From positions 32,001 to 96,000 of IMG/VR virus record IMGVR_UViG_3300009093_000036: DNA of 64,000 nucleotides; one strand, 5' to 3'. Below are positions 52,653-61,622 of the stretch, piece after piece; position 1 is the stretch's first letter, and each line of letters starts with the position of its first letter. The stretch is from a virus. A model generated the notes under the pieces. That model had not been told where the DNA came from. It searched no databases and was given only the letters and a program-made list of their open reading frames with translations. A program made the translations under genes and the position numbers.

Positions 52653-52762
52653 CAGTGCACCACGCCGATGGCGAGCAGGATCTGCATGGTGTAGCTGCCG
52701 ACGAGCATACCGGCGATGAAGGAGCCCGCGATGAGGGCGAGCAAGTCGCTGTCGTTGCCCAT
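52652..52762 (-). CDS. small membrane peptide, 36 aa
   Basis: hydrophobic ORF bridging two genes with tight junctions. Confidence 0.5.
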   Translation of the reverse strand: MGNDSDLLALIAGSFIAGMLVGSYTMQILLAIGVVH

Positions 52763-52763
52763 C

Positions 52764-53360
52764 TCAGACCTCCAACTTCGGATTCTTCGTGAAGTACGGC
52801 TCACGACCATGAACGCCCGCACCCACGATGCGCAGGAACTGGCGGTCGAAGCTCGTCTTCACCGGCAGGCTCTCGTGCGGCGTGAAGATGCCGATGTTGT
52901 GGACGTCGCCGGCGCGCATCAGCGTTGCCGCATCGTACGGGTACTGCTCGGCGAGATGGCCGATGTCGCCATCCTCTGAGGTGTCGAAGTGTTCGGCGTC
53001 CCAGAGCGCACAGCTCTTGTCCAAGTTGTTGGCGAGCAGGATGCGAACGTCGCGTTCGAGCGTGACATGGTGTCGACGGCCCCAACCCGGAGGTGACCCC
53101 CAACCAGCAGTGCCCGGGATGATGCCAGCTTCGGTATGCAGAGCACGGCCGTGCTTGGCGCGAGCTCCGCGGTGTGCTGCACCAGCTTCCACCCGCGACT
53201 CGTCGATGGTGAGATAGCCAACGGAGTCGCGACTCACGAACACCATCGAGATGATGTCGCGGTAGGCGCCGTATTCGTCCGGCACGGAATCGGGGTTGCC
53301 CTGGATGTAGGGCATCATCAGGCAGCGCAGTCCAGAGAACTGCGGGAACTCGATGTTCAT
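52764..53360 (-). CDS. putative 2OG-Fe(II) oxygenase-like protein, 198 aa
   Basis: HTE ... HESL....RQFLR fits HxE...H metal triad plus an Arg. Confidence 0.5.
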   Translation of the reverse strand: MNIEFPQFSGLRCLMMPYIQGNPDSVPDEYGAYRDIISMVFVSRDSVGYLTIDESRVEAGAAHRGARAKHGRALHTEAGIIPGTAGWGSPPGWGRRHHVTLERDVRILLANNLDKSCALWDAEHFDTSEDGDIGHLAEQYPYDAATLMRAGDVHNIGIFTPHESLPVKTSFDRQFLRIVGAGVHGREPYFTKNPKLEV

Positions 53361-54064
53361 CCTTCGTCTTCTTCCTCTGCGTCCTCGCAAGGGTGATCGT
53401 CCACCGCGATGCAACAGGGACCGAGGTCCTCCATGCCGCACGTCATGCAGGTGAGGGTCTTGCCCTCCACCAGCGCCAAGCAGTTCGCACACTGCGTGGT
53501 CTCGGCCTTCTCTTCCACCGGCTTTTTCGTGACCATCACTTCCTCCATCAGCTTGTCGAGGTCCTTGATCACAGCTCCCAAGATGAGCTTGTCTGCTGCG
53601 TCTTCTCTCGCCTTCGTCCAGGCATCCCAGGCTCCGTCGTTGAAGTCAGCCAGCTCATCCTCGATGATGTAGTCGATCTTCCGACCACGGATGAGGTCGT
53701 CGACAAGGCTCTCTCCTACCTCTCTGATAGTCGATTTCGCGCGGACATGTGCGATCTGTAGGTGTGCCCGCGAGAATGACATCAAGATGTTCTTCAACCC
53801 GTAGCGAGCCAGCACTGCATCGAAGCTCTCGACCTCCTTGTTCTGGAAGCGAGTGATCTCCTCGATGAGCTTGCCCTCTTCGTTGATGCCAGTGACGACG
53901 ATGGAGCCATCTACTCCGATCATGAGGCCGGTGAGGCTCTTGTAGAGACCGTTCAGCTCCATCGCAACAGGAACTTGGTCGTACGGCCTCCATCCCGAGT
54001 TCCATCTCTTCTTCAACATGCGCCGGCGTTGGTTGTTCGCCCTGCGCTTGACGTATCCGCTCAC
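53357..54064 (-). CDS. hypothetical protein with C-terminal Cys cluster, 235 aa
   Basis: CANC..CMTC..CC. Confidence 0.7.
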   Translation of the reverse strand: MSGYVKRRANNQRRRMLKKRWNSGWRPYDQVPVAMELNGLYKSLTGLMIGVDGSIVVTGINEEGKLIEEITRFQNKEVESFDAVLARYGLKNILMSFSRAHLQIAHVRAKSTIREVGESLVDDLIRGRKIDYIIEDELADFNDGAWDAWTKAREDAADKLILGAVIKDLDKLMEEVMVTKKPVEEKAETTQCANCLALVEGKTLTCMTCGMEDLGPCCIAVDDHPCEDAEEEDEG

Positions 54065-54300
54065 CCCGTACCTTCGACGTCGTGGGACATGAGGAACTCC
54101 TGGATCAAGTTGTCGAGCTTTTCCTTGGGCATCGTGTGGATCATCATCGCGATGACCTGGCCGCGCGACATGACGTCGTCCCCACCATCATCGAAGATGC
54201 CCTCGACCATCGTGCCGTTCTCGTCGACGATGATCGCTGCATAGCCCGCGGGCAGCTTCGTCACGTACTGGCTGAGGGCCTCGTCTTCGTCAGACATCAC
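54061..54300 (-). CDS. hypothetical protein, 79 aa
   Basis: overlapping junctions. Confidence 0.65.
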   Translation of the reverse strand: MMSDEDEALSQYVTKLPAGYAAIIVDENGTMVEGIFDDGGDDVMSRGQVIAMMIHTMPKEKLDNLIQEFLMSHDVEGTG

Positions 54301-54854
54301 AGCAATGCGCCGTGCAGAAGCTCTTGGTAGGAGAACTCCTTCCCCAAGCAGTCCTCAACACCAACCTTCGGCAGTGCTGGACGTCCCACGATCTCGCCGT
54401 TGTAGAACACGAGGTACTTGGGCAACGAGACCTTCCTCTCGATGAAGAGTTTGCCCTTCGCTGTGAGGCAGTACATACCCATGGCGTTCTCATCCGCCGT
54501 CCGCACGTTCTTCACGCGAGTGAGACCATGTCCGAGCGTCAGTTTGGAGAAGTCGCCGCCCGCGTTGGAGTGAAGGTCGTTCTGCACATGGAAGTAGATC
54601 CCGGGACGGCCCTTGCTGAGACGGTAGAGACGAATCAACGCCTTCACAACCGACACGTACATGGTTCGCGGCCACGGCGCAGCCCCTTGTTGACAACACG
54701 GACATGAGACTGTGTCTCCATCCTCTACGGCACGAAGCACTTCTTCACGTGCATCCGCCACGAGCATGGTGTCGTACTCGGGGAACTTGCCACGCGGGAT
54801 CTTGACGACTCCCTTCAGCAGCTCCTTACGCGACTTCTTTCGTGCCACCGGCAA
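54297..54854 (-). CDS. hypothetical, possible winged-helix protein, 185 aa
   Basis: CPCC; YCLTAKG wing motif. Confidence 0.65.
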   Translation of the reverse strand: MPVARKKSRKELLKGVVKIPRGKFPEYDTMLVADAREEVLRAVEDGDTVSCPCCQQGAAPWPRTMYVSVVKALIRLYRLSKGRPGIYFHVQNDLHSNAGGDFSKLTLGHGLTRVKNVRTADENAMGMYCLTAKGKLFIERKVSLPKYLVFYNGEIVGRPALPKVGVEDCLGKEFSYQELLHGALL

Positions 54855-55212
54855 CCTCCTTCACCCCGACCGTTGCCGTCTCCTTGGGACGCCACTTCGT
54901 GCCGCATCCTTCACAGAGGTGGGTCTTGTGGGCCTTGGTCGCCCACTCGCCCTTGTCGATGTGCTGGAGACCGCACTTCGGGCAGTTCGTGATGATGGGC
55001 TCGATCTCACCGATAGTCGTCCGCATCAGCCCGCCCTTCAGGATGTGCTGCTGGAACGTGTTCTTCGCCAACACCAAGGCGCGAGCCGTCTCCAGCTCCA
55101 GCTCCTTGATCCCCTTCTCCGCCATCGCGGCGCACCCAGGGCAAAGAGCGATCGACAACACCAACTTGGCATCTGTCGATCGCACCTCATTCTGACAGCT
55201 CAGGCAGCGCAT
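54826..55212 (-). CDS. double Zn-finger-like protein, 128 aa
   Basis: CLSC, CPGC, CPKC, CEGC. Confidence 0.7.
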   Translation of the reverse strand: MRCLSCQNEVRSTDAKLVLSIALCPGCAAMAEKGIKELELETARALVLAKNTFQQHILKGGLMRTTIGEIEPIITNCPKCGLQHIDKGEWATKAHKTHLCEGCGTKWRPKETATVGVKEVAGGTKEVA

Positions 55213-55580
55213 CAGTAGTCCCGGATCTCGGTCCGCACCGAGAAGCCCGCCGCCTCCAACGCCGGGATCGCGGCGCTGTTGAAGCAGTCGTAGCAGCAGT
55301 CGATGATCTTGTGCTCGACGTGGCCGCCATCGCCCCCGTAGGAGTCGCCCTCCTTGCCGGAGATCTTGATGCGATGGGCGTGGTGGAGGCTCAAGACGAC
55401 GCCTTCTCCCGCCACGAGCTTGGCACGGTGCGTCGGCGAGAGAACGATCTCCGCTTCCTTCACCTGGTAGGCGCCATCGAGCTCTTCGTCGTCTCCGCAC
55501 GGCTTGCCGCACAGGCTGCACGTCGTCTTCTCGACGGTGCGCTCACCTGCCGGAACCTGCACTGTCGTCGTGGTCTTCAT
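55212..55580 (-). CDS. Zn-finger-like protein, 122 aa
   Basis: CSLC ... CYDC. Confidence 0.7.
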   Translation of the reverse strand: MKTTTTVQVPAGERTVEKTTCSLCGKPCGDDEELDGAYQVKEAEIVLSPTHRAKLVAGEGVVLSLHHAHRIKISGKEGDSYGGDGGHVEHKIIDCCYDCFNSAAIPALEAAGFSVRTEIRDY

Positions 55581-55843
55581 ACGGCCTCCAGGGTCTGAAG
55601 AGTGGTCTTCAAGGTGGACTCGTAGTACGCGATGTTCTTGATGTCGAGCCTTTCCTCGGGGATCACCGTCACGGCTTCGTGCCCCGAGAGTGTGGAGATG
55701 CCGAACGTCCACCAGGCGAGGTCTTGGATGCGCTTCACGGTGAAGACGAAGCGATCGTCCTTCTTCGCTGCCCCGATGTTGTTCTCGATGACAGTGGCGT
55801 AGCCGGCTTCACGAAGAGCCTGCAACACCTGCTGCATCTTCAC
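55577..55843 (-). CDS. hypothetical protein, 88 aa
   Basis: GTGA overlap. Confidence 0.65.
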   Translation of the reverse strand: MKMQQVLQALREAGYATVIENNIGAAKKDDRFVFTVKRIQDLAWWTFGISTLSGHEAVTVIPEERLDIKNIAYYESTLKTTLQTLEAV

Positions 55844-56202
55844 TTGTTCACCGTGCTGCGCTTCTTGTAGCGCGGATCCACGTGAAGCCGTATGCCGACC
55901 GGCATCGTGCCGCCGAACGACTTCATGATGCGAAGCAGGACGTCCATCTGCTCGTTGCACATCTCGACTCGCGTCACGTACACCGACAGCTCGTTGGCGT
56001 AGCGCGCGATGCTGTTGGCGTGGTCGGGGAGCGGGTACTGCGTGAAGTCCCGCAGCCGATCCGTCATCCGCTTGTAGGACGTCTCGGCCTTGTCGACCCA
56101 CATCTTGCGCGTCGACTGGAGGATCTCCATGTCGCGGCGGACACGCTCCTTCGGGCTCATCTCATTCTTGTCGTCAGATGCAACCTTCATGTTGTTCTCC
56201 AT
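55840..56202 (-). CDS. helical hypothetical protein, 120 aa
   Basis: downstream of a CCTATAAG motif. Confidence 0.7.
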   Translation of the reverse strand: MENNMKVASDDKNEMSPKERVRRDMEILQSTRKMWVDKAETSYKRMTDRLRDFTQYPLPDHANSIARYANELSVYVTRVEMCNEQMDVLLRIMKSFGGTMPVGIRLHVDPRYKKRSTVNK

Positions 56203-56206
56203 CTTC

Positions 56207-56214
56207 CTTATAGG
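56207..56214 (-). promoter_or_regulatory. CCTATAAG promoter-like motif
   Basis: intergenic, oriented toward the 56202/56190 start. Confidence 0.55.
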
Positions 56215-56215
56215 G

Positions 56216-56761
56216 CTAAACGCGCTCAGGAACGTGAGTCACCACGCGCAGCAAGGCGTCCTTGGCGTTCGAGTAGTCGAGGATGATCTTGGTGAGGCGC
56301 CTGACTTCATCTGCGAACTGCTTCGACCTCTCCTGCTCGTCCTTGCGGTCCTGGATCAAGAACTTGAGAGCGACCACCGCGTCCTTGTCGGGGACCTCCA
56401 GGCCCAAGATGGCCCTGAGACCTACCTCCAGCGAGTTGTCGGGCAGGTACTCGCCCATCACAGACGTGTAATGAGTCAGCAACCCATGGTCAGACATCGC
56501 CTGCGGATCGAATCGCCGGGCGTGGTTGATGAGGCCCATCAGCCACTTGTACTTGTCCGTATCCTTGGTGACATCGACCCCACTAACAGGTGGAGGGCCG
56601 ATCTCTTTGATGGCGTCCTCCACCATCACGGGCATCGGAACCCCACTCACCATCAACTCCCGCATCATGCGAGAACCCACCCTGCGGATGAGCTTGTCAC
56701 CCCACTCGACGAGCACCATCGGAGGGAAGTACTGAGCCTTGGTCTTGTCGTTCATGTTCAC
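56216..56761 (-). CDS. hypothetical protein, 181 aa
   Basis: ORF; TAG stop. Confidence 0.7.
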   Translation of the reverse strand: MNMNDKTKAQYFPPMVLVEWGDKLIRRVGSRMMRELMVSGVPMPVMVEDAIKEIGPPPVSGVDVTKDTDKYKWLMGLINHARRFDPQAMSDHGLLTHYTSVMGEYLPDNSLEVGLRAILGLEVPDKDAVVALKFLIQDRKDEQERSKQFADEVRRLTKIILDYSNAKDALLRVVTHVPERV

Positions 56762-57105
56762 ACCAACAGCAAGTTGTCTCGCAGCGCTTGGATGATCTCC
56801 TGCGCCGCCTTCTCATCTACATCCTGTTGAACCACCAGCGTGATGCTGGTGTGCGTCGCCAGGACCTGGAGCATCTCGACGGGGTACTCCGGCTGCAATG
56901 CAGCTTCTTCGCTTCGATACACGAAGAGGGTGCACGGGAGCGCCCACAGATCCGTCAGTTCGTTCAGCTTCCACGGCCCCGACATCGGGCAGTCGTCGTA
57001 GACGATGCCGTCCGGCCACAGCCGCATCAGCCGCAGGCGCACGATGATGAGGGCTTCCGGGAAGAGAGCACCCTCACCAACGACCTCAGTCCCCTCGATC
57101 TTCAT
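56758..57105 (-). CDS. hypothetical protein, 115 aa
   Basis: ATGA overlap. Confidence 0.65.
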   Translation of the reverse strand: MKIEGTEVVGEGALFPEALIIVRLRLMRLWPDGIVYDDCPMSGPWKLNELTDLWALPCTLFVYRSEEAALQPEYPVEMLQVLATHTSITLVVQQDVDEKAAQEIIQALRDNLLLV

Positions 57106-57257
57106 ACCCGGATCGTGAGGTTGATGTACTTGATCTCGACGGGCTGGTAGACGAGCATCTGGATGCGGCCGCACTTCTTGCACGTCGCGCACCTGTACGA
57201 GCACTTCGTCTCGTCGCACGTCCGTTGTTCTCCGAACACCAAGTCATCAGCATCCAT
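57102..57257 (-). CDS. small Cys-rich protein, 51 aa (MDADDLVFGEQRTCDETKC...)
   Basis: fills the gap; 5 Cys; below ORF-track cutoff. Confidence 0.55.
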   Translation of the reverse strand: MDADDLVFGEQRTCDETKCSYRCATCKKCGRIQMLVYQPVEIKYINLTIRV

Positions 57258-57612
57258 ACAGTCGATGTTCGAGCACTTCATGTAGGTCCTTCCAAGCCGA
57301 GATCCACTTCCTCAGCTTCTTCACCGAGGCATTCCTCGCCGGTCCAAACAGGACCCAGATCCGACCTTCCTCTGACTCAAGCCACGCCCTGAACACCGCC
57401 TCGGGCTGTGCACCCTTCATCTTGTTGCAAGGTTCGCAGGCTAACACGCGGTTCCTCCGAGCATTGCGCCCACCATTCGCACGAGCCTTCACATGATCGG
57501 TCGTCAGCAGTTGTTGTGGAAACCGATCACGGCAGTACGCGCAAGAGGCGAGCCCATCCTCTCCTTGCTCTACCTTGAACAGTCGCGCCAGAGGCGACTC
57601 CGACTTGGTCAT
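57247..57612 (-). CDS. HNH endonuclease, 121 aa
   Basis: CAYC, TTDHV, GG.N...N.VLACEPCN..KG. Confidence 0.9.
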   Translation of the reverse strand: MTKSESPLARLFKVEQGEDGLASCAYCRDRFPQQLLTTDHVKARANGGRNARRNRVLACEPCNKMKGAQPEAVFRAWLESEEGRIWVLFGPARNASVKKLRKWISAWKDLHEVLEHRLYGC

Positions 57613-58115
57613 CCAACTTCCAGCTCCCGCAGCAGCTTCGCGAACTCGTTCGCCATGAGCTCGGAGGTGCTGGTGTGCACGATCGTGTCGGAGATCCCAG
57701 GCTTGTTCTTGACGTAGACGTGCCAGTAGTCGGTGCCCCAGCCCCAGCCATCGTCCCCGTTCGGGATGCGCTGCTTCACGAAGACGCGGGTGTTGATCTT
57801 CTTCGCATCGGCGAGGTTCTTGATGATGCCTCGCAGCGATTGGTCGCACCGCTTAACAGCAAGTTCGAGACCGACGTACTTGTTCTCGTCGTCGAGGGTG
57901 TCGAAGTCATCGACCTGGCGGTGAGCAGTCTCGATGCCCCACTGCCAGTACCCATAGTGCACCGCCGGCTTGCCGGGGGCTGCCATGCGGTTGAAGTAGA
58001 CGCGGCCGAGCGGCGTCTCGCAGAACGCCATGCTCTCGAAGTCGCCATCGTTGGTGGTGATGGGGATGTCCAGCACTTTCAAGTTGGGATGAACGATGTC
58101 TTCGGGGTGCTTCAT
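57609..58115 (-). CDS. hypothetical protein, 168 aa
   Basis: GGAG SD. Confidence 0.7.
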   Translation of the reverse strand: MKHPEDIVHPNLKVLDIPITTNDGDFESMAFCETPLGRVYFNRMAAPGKPAVHYGYWQWGIETAHRQVDDFDTLDDENKYVGLELAVKRCDQSLRGIIKNLADAKKINTRVFVKQRIPNGDDGWGWGTDYWHVYVKNKPGISDTIVHTSTSELMANEFAKLLRELEVG

Positions 58116-58609
58116 GTTGTGCTCCGTGGAGTTCGAGCCGTGACGGCGGTTCCGACCGGCCAGCCGTTGACGTTCAGGACGATGGGCTGACCAGGGTCCA
58201 GATCCGACTCATCGGAATCACTACCCGGGCCACCCTTCCAGTACAGCTCGTCGGTGTCCTCATTCTTGGTGAGGATGTAGTGCTCTTCGAGAGCACCCAG
58301 CATCGACTTGATGCTGGCAGCCACCGCGATCGAAATCGAGGAGGCTTCGTCGGTCGTGGGTGTCACCCGGTACTTCTCCGGGATCATCAGGAGTGTCGCT
58401 GTGTCCGCGGCCTTCTTGCCGCGAACGAAGTCTTCGTTGCTCATGTTCTTCTCATCGGCGCGACGTTGCGCACCCTCGAATGTTCTGAATGTGATGGGCC
58501 GGCCTCGCTTGTCGCAGATCTGGAAGAGGTAGCCCTTCTTGTTGTGGCGACACACCCTCCAGCCGCTGCCGCAGTCGGCGGGCCTGGAGAAGTAGACCGG
58601 CTCGCTCAT
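58112..58609 (-). CDS. hypothetical protein, 165 aa
   Basis: ATGA overlap. Confidence 0.65.
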   Translation of the reverse strand: MSEPVYFSRPADCGSGWRVCRHNKKGYLFQICDKRGRPITFRTFEGAQRRADEKNMSNEDFVRGKKAADTATLLMIPEKYRVTPTTDEASSISIAVAASIKSMLGALEEHYILTKNEDTDELYWKGGPGSDSDESDLDPGQPIVLNVNGWPVGTAVTARTPRSTT

Positions 58610-58830
58610 GATGTTCCTGTTGGTGGCTTCCACCCCATCATCCGGGCGTGAGCGACATGCGCCCGGCGTTCACTTGGATCGTCCCATTCAGGATCCTCCG
58701 GAGGGCTATGGGTGCCGTACTCGACGTCCAGCCACGCCAGAGCGCTGAGGAAGTCGGGTTCCCGTGTCTTGTCGTCCATGTGTTGCTCCGTTCCAGCTCC
58801 CTCACGGGCGCGAGAGGCAGGGGAAGGCAT
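58606..58830 (-). CDS. hypothetical protein, 74 aa
   Basis: GGAGG SD, downstream of CTATAAG motif. Confidence 0.55.
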   Translation of the reverse strand: MPSPASRAREGAGTEQHMDDKTREPDFLSALAWLDVEYGTHSPPEDPEWDDPSERRAHVAHARMMGWKPPTGTS

Positions 58831-58867
58831 GGCATGTCCTCCAGCTCCCCCTGCCCACGTACGTCCC

Positions 58868-58874
58868 CTTATAG
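58868..58874 (-). promoter_or_regulatory. CTATAAG promoter-like motif
   Basis: variant of the recurring motif. Confidence 0.45.
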
Positions 58875-58897
58875 AGCCTCACCGGTCCCAGCACATA

Positions 58898-59010
58898 CTG
58901 CCGTCATTACGGCAGATACAGGCGGGTGTATCCACACAGCGGTGCCGGGGTTCACACTCAGCAATCAACATCAAGTTGATTAGGACGAGGCAGATGAAGG
59001 CATACTTCAT
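58898..59010. other. non-coding stretch with four consecutive perfect hairpins
   Basis: CTGCCGT/ACGGCAG, GATACA/TGTATC, AATCAAC/GTTGATT, ATGAAG/CTTCAT. Confidence 0.6.
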
Positions 59011-59354
59011 GTTCGACGTACCGTGATGTGCCCCTGGCTCTTGTGGAGGGTGAGGGCAAAGAGTTTGGTGGGGGCCAACACAACGATCTCGCCTCCCTCC
59101 TGGACCAATGCGATCAGCACCTCCCGCATCGCCTGGTTCTCATGCTCCAGATGCTGGAGGCGGGCTTCCATGTTCTCGCGGACCACAGAGCCGAGGACAT
59201 GATCGACCCCACCCCGGATCAAGCGATCGATGCCGCTGATCGCCTTCACCGCCTTCCCGCCGACACGCAGGAAGTGCTGCACATCTTCCTCAATCTCCGA
59301 GTACGTCTTCCCCATCCTTCGGGGCTTCGAGGACGCCTTCTTCTTTTTCTTCAT
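59007..59354 (-). CDS. hypothetical protein, 115 aa
   Basis: GGAGG SD. Confidence 0.65.
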   Translation of the reverse strand: MKKKKKASSKPRRMGKTYSEIEEDVQHFLRVGGKAVKAISGIDRLIRGGVDHVLGSVVRENMEARLQHLEHENQAMREVLIALVQEGGEIVVLAPTKLFALTLHKSQGHITVRRT

Positions 59355-60144
59355 GTCCCTCCAGTTGCTTGCGAAGGTCTGGGTGTCGTCTATCTGGGCG
59401 CTCGTTGCTGTCGGGGTTGAGGATGTAGATCTGTGCCCTCCCCGATTTTTCGTTCTTCTCGACCACCCAGCCCGCATCCCGCCACGTCTTGAGCGTCATG
59501 CGGGCCTTGGCGAAATCCTTGTAGGTCATGCCGCCCGCACGATCGAGCGCGATGCAGAACTTGACCGCATTGATCTTCCAGGTGCTCACCGAGCTCGGCG
59601 ATGCGATGCCAGGTTCCACCCAGAAGTGGACCTCCGGCAGCTTCAGTTGCTTCTTGAACTTGGTCCGCTCCCCGAAGCCGAGCATGTGATCGAGGTTGTT
59701 GCGCTTCTTGTTCCACTGCGCGTCATGCCCATCAAAGTGGTCGTAGATGTAGAAGAAGCCGTACCCCAGCTTCTTGATCATCTCCTCCAGCGTCCGTTCA
59801 CTATCCGTACGCGACTTCCCCGGCACCAGCGCGACGACGTAGTCGGGGCCGGGGTAGTGGGTGTGGCGTGTGGACTGCAAGAGCTGACCACACACCTCGA
59901 CGTTCAGCTTCATCTTGGCCTGAACCCCGATCTGGGTACCGGAGGCCACCCCCGAGGTCGAGCACCCCTCCTCAGCGACGAGCAGCATGTCGAAACGCGA
60001 GTTTGGGTACTCCGGGATCACCTTCCACCCCGCGGCGATCGCTTGCTCGATGAACTCGTAGCAGAGGGCCTGCTCCGGAGCGCAGTGAGCAAGCTCCGGA
60101 GGAGGGGGTTGATAGAAGTCAGGACGCTTCTTCGGCTTCGACAT
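59290..60144 (-). CDS. putative PD-(D/E)XK nuclease-fold protein, 284 aa
   Basis: E..L..E, PEY...FDMLLV, IGVQAK. Confidence 0.6.
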   Translation of the reverse strand: MSKPKKRPDFYQPPPPELAHCAPEQALCYEFIEQAIAAGWKVIPEYPNSRFDMLLVAEEGCSTSGVASGTQIGVQAKMKLNVEVCGQLLQSTRHTHYPGPDYVVALVPGKSRTDSERTLEEMIKKLGYGFFYIYDHFDGHDAQWNKKRNNLDHMLGFGERTKFKKQLKLPEVHFWVEPGIASPSSVSTWKINAVKFCIALDRAGGMTYKDFAKARMTLKTWRDAGWVVEKNEKSGRAQIYILNPDSNERPDRRHPDLRKQLEGHEEKEEGVLEAPKDGEDVLGD

Positions 60145-60694
60145 ACTTCATCTTGAGCAGACGGCATGCGATCTGTCGAGCGATTCGTTGCACCATCTGG
60201 TCTCCTCTCCACATCTTGACGGCCAGATAGACAACCCTGGCCGTGATGTACTCACGACGAAGATTCTGTGAGGTGCTCAAGATCAGCTTGAAGACGTCGT
60301 AGTGAAGACCGAGGTACTCCAACACCAACATCGTGACGGCCGCGGCTTGGTGCTCCTGGGTGTTCGAGACGACCGTCCCCAGCTTCTTCGTCTTGACGCT
60401 GATGACGGTAGCCAGGTACTTGGTTTCCCACGGCACACCTAGCAGGCTGGCGTGTGCAAGCTCGTGGCTGATCATCTCCGTGTAGTACGGATAGTCCGAT
60501 CCCGCAGTCTGCGAGCCCTGGAGCTTCCCGCACCTCAAATACTTCAGCAGCCTCTTCGAGCGCAGCTCCAACTTCTTGACACTCAGCCCTGGAAGCAGAC
60601 GACCTTGGGTCAGAAGAACAAGGTCTAGCCGCCCTACTCCATCATCAACGTGAGGAAGTACTGCCGGCAAGACCAGCGCCGAGTTGAAGTCCAT
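60119..60694 (-). CDS. hypothetical protein with HExxH motif (start uncertain)
   Basis: ISHELAH. Confidence 0.5.
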   Translation of the reverse strand: MDFNSALVLPAVLPHVDDGVGRLDLVLLTQGRLLPGLSVKKLELRSKRLLKYLRCGKLQGSQTAGSDYPYYTEMISHELAHASLLGVPWETKYLATVISVKTKKLGTVVSNTQEHQAAAVTMLVLEYLGLHYDVFKLILSTSQNLRREYITARVVYLAVKMWRGDQMVQRIARQIACRLLKMKYVEAEEAS

Positions 60695-61013
60695 CGACGA
60701 TTCCTTGGGCGAAGCCTTCCGCCTTTTCGAGCGGACCGCTGTAGACGACCTGGCTCTGGTTGTCGGCGAGCTTCATGAAGAGCTCTTCTTCGTTCTCGTC
60801 ACCCGTGATCTGGTTCGCTTCGGTGATCAGCGTGACCTCGACCAGCCCGAGCTCGCCCATGAGGTTGGAGCCGTTGCGGTGGAGCGACACCACCATGTAC
60901 GGCGTCTTGTCCCCGGTGCGGATGGACTGGTAGTTCATCTCCTTGTGGAAGAAGAAGTCCTTGAAGGAGGTGTCCCAGGTCACCTTGCCGCGAGTCCAGA
61001 TGCTTTCCGTCAT
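60645..61013 (-). CDS. hypothetical protein, 122 aa
   Basis: ATGA overlap. Confidence 0.7.
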   Translation of the reverse strand: MTESIWTRGKVTWDTSFKDFFFHKEMNYQSIRTGDKTPYMVVSLHRNGSNLMGELGLVEVTLITEANQITGDENEEELFMKLADNQSQVVYSGPLEKAEGFAQGIVDGLQLGAGLAGSTSSR

Positions 61014-61231
61014 GCGCTCGCCCTCCACTCCGTGGGGTCTTCCCCGTTGCGCCACGCCTTGCGCTCGTTGCGAAAGTGCCTGGCGTATCCGCGCATCCCG
61101 TGATGGGTACGGTGGATGATGTTGGTGTTGGCACCGAGACCGATGCCCCGCGTCGGAGGCTCTTCGATCGCAGCGGCGTACGCCCACTCGCTCCAGGTCA
61201 GCCCTTCCTTGTTCATTTGCTCGGAGTTCAT
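61010..61231 (-). CDS. hypothetical protein, 73 aa
   Basis: GGAGG SD. Confidence 0.7.
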   Translation of the reverse strand: MNSEQMNKEGLTWSEWAYAAAIEEPPTRGIGLGANTNIIHRTHHGMRGYARHFRNERKAWRNGEDPTEWRASA

Positions 61232-61536
61232 GTTGCCTCCACGAACGCTTCGTTGACCTCAACGAGGGCGCTCTGTCCTTCCGACCACTTGTTGCGGCAC
61301 CACACTTCCTTCATGCCGCGTGGTGTCTCCTCTTGCGGGCTGCCCTGCAAGAACCACGGCAAGAACATGTCGAGGCCCCACAGCAAGAAGGGACCATCCT
61401 TCACCTTGTAGGAGTAGCGACCCTTCTGGATGATGCGCATGTGGCACACCTCGCCGCCCTTGATGCCGATCTCAAGGACAGTGAAGTCGTCATCACCAAG
61501 TACATCATCAGAGAACCTGATGCGTAGCGTCTTCAT
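61228..61536 (-). CDS. hypothetical protein, 102 aa
   Basis: GGAG SD. Confidence 0.65.
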   Translation of the reverse strand: MKTLRIRFSDDVLGDDDFTVLEIGIKGGEVCHMRIIQKGRYSYKVKDGPFLLWGLDMFLPWFLQGSPQEETPRGMKEVWCRNKWSEGQSALVEVNEAFVEAT

Positions 61537-61622
61537 GTTGCTCCACGAACCCCCGGTACGAAGCCGGGCTGCATCGATGCCGGCCCACGTACTGGGATCC
61601 ATCGCTCCAAGTTCATCCACGA

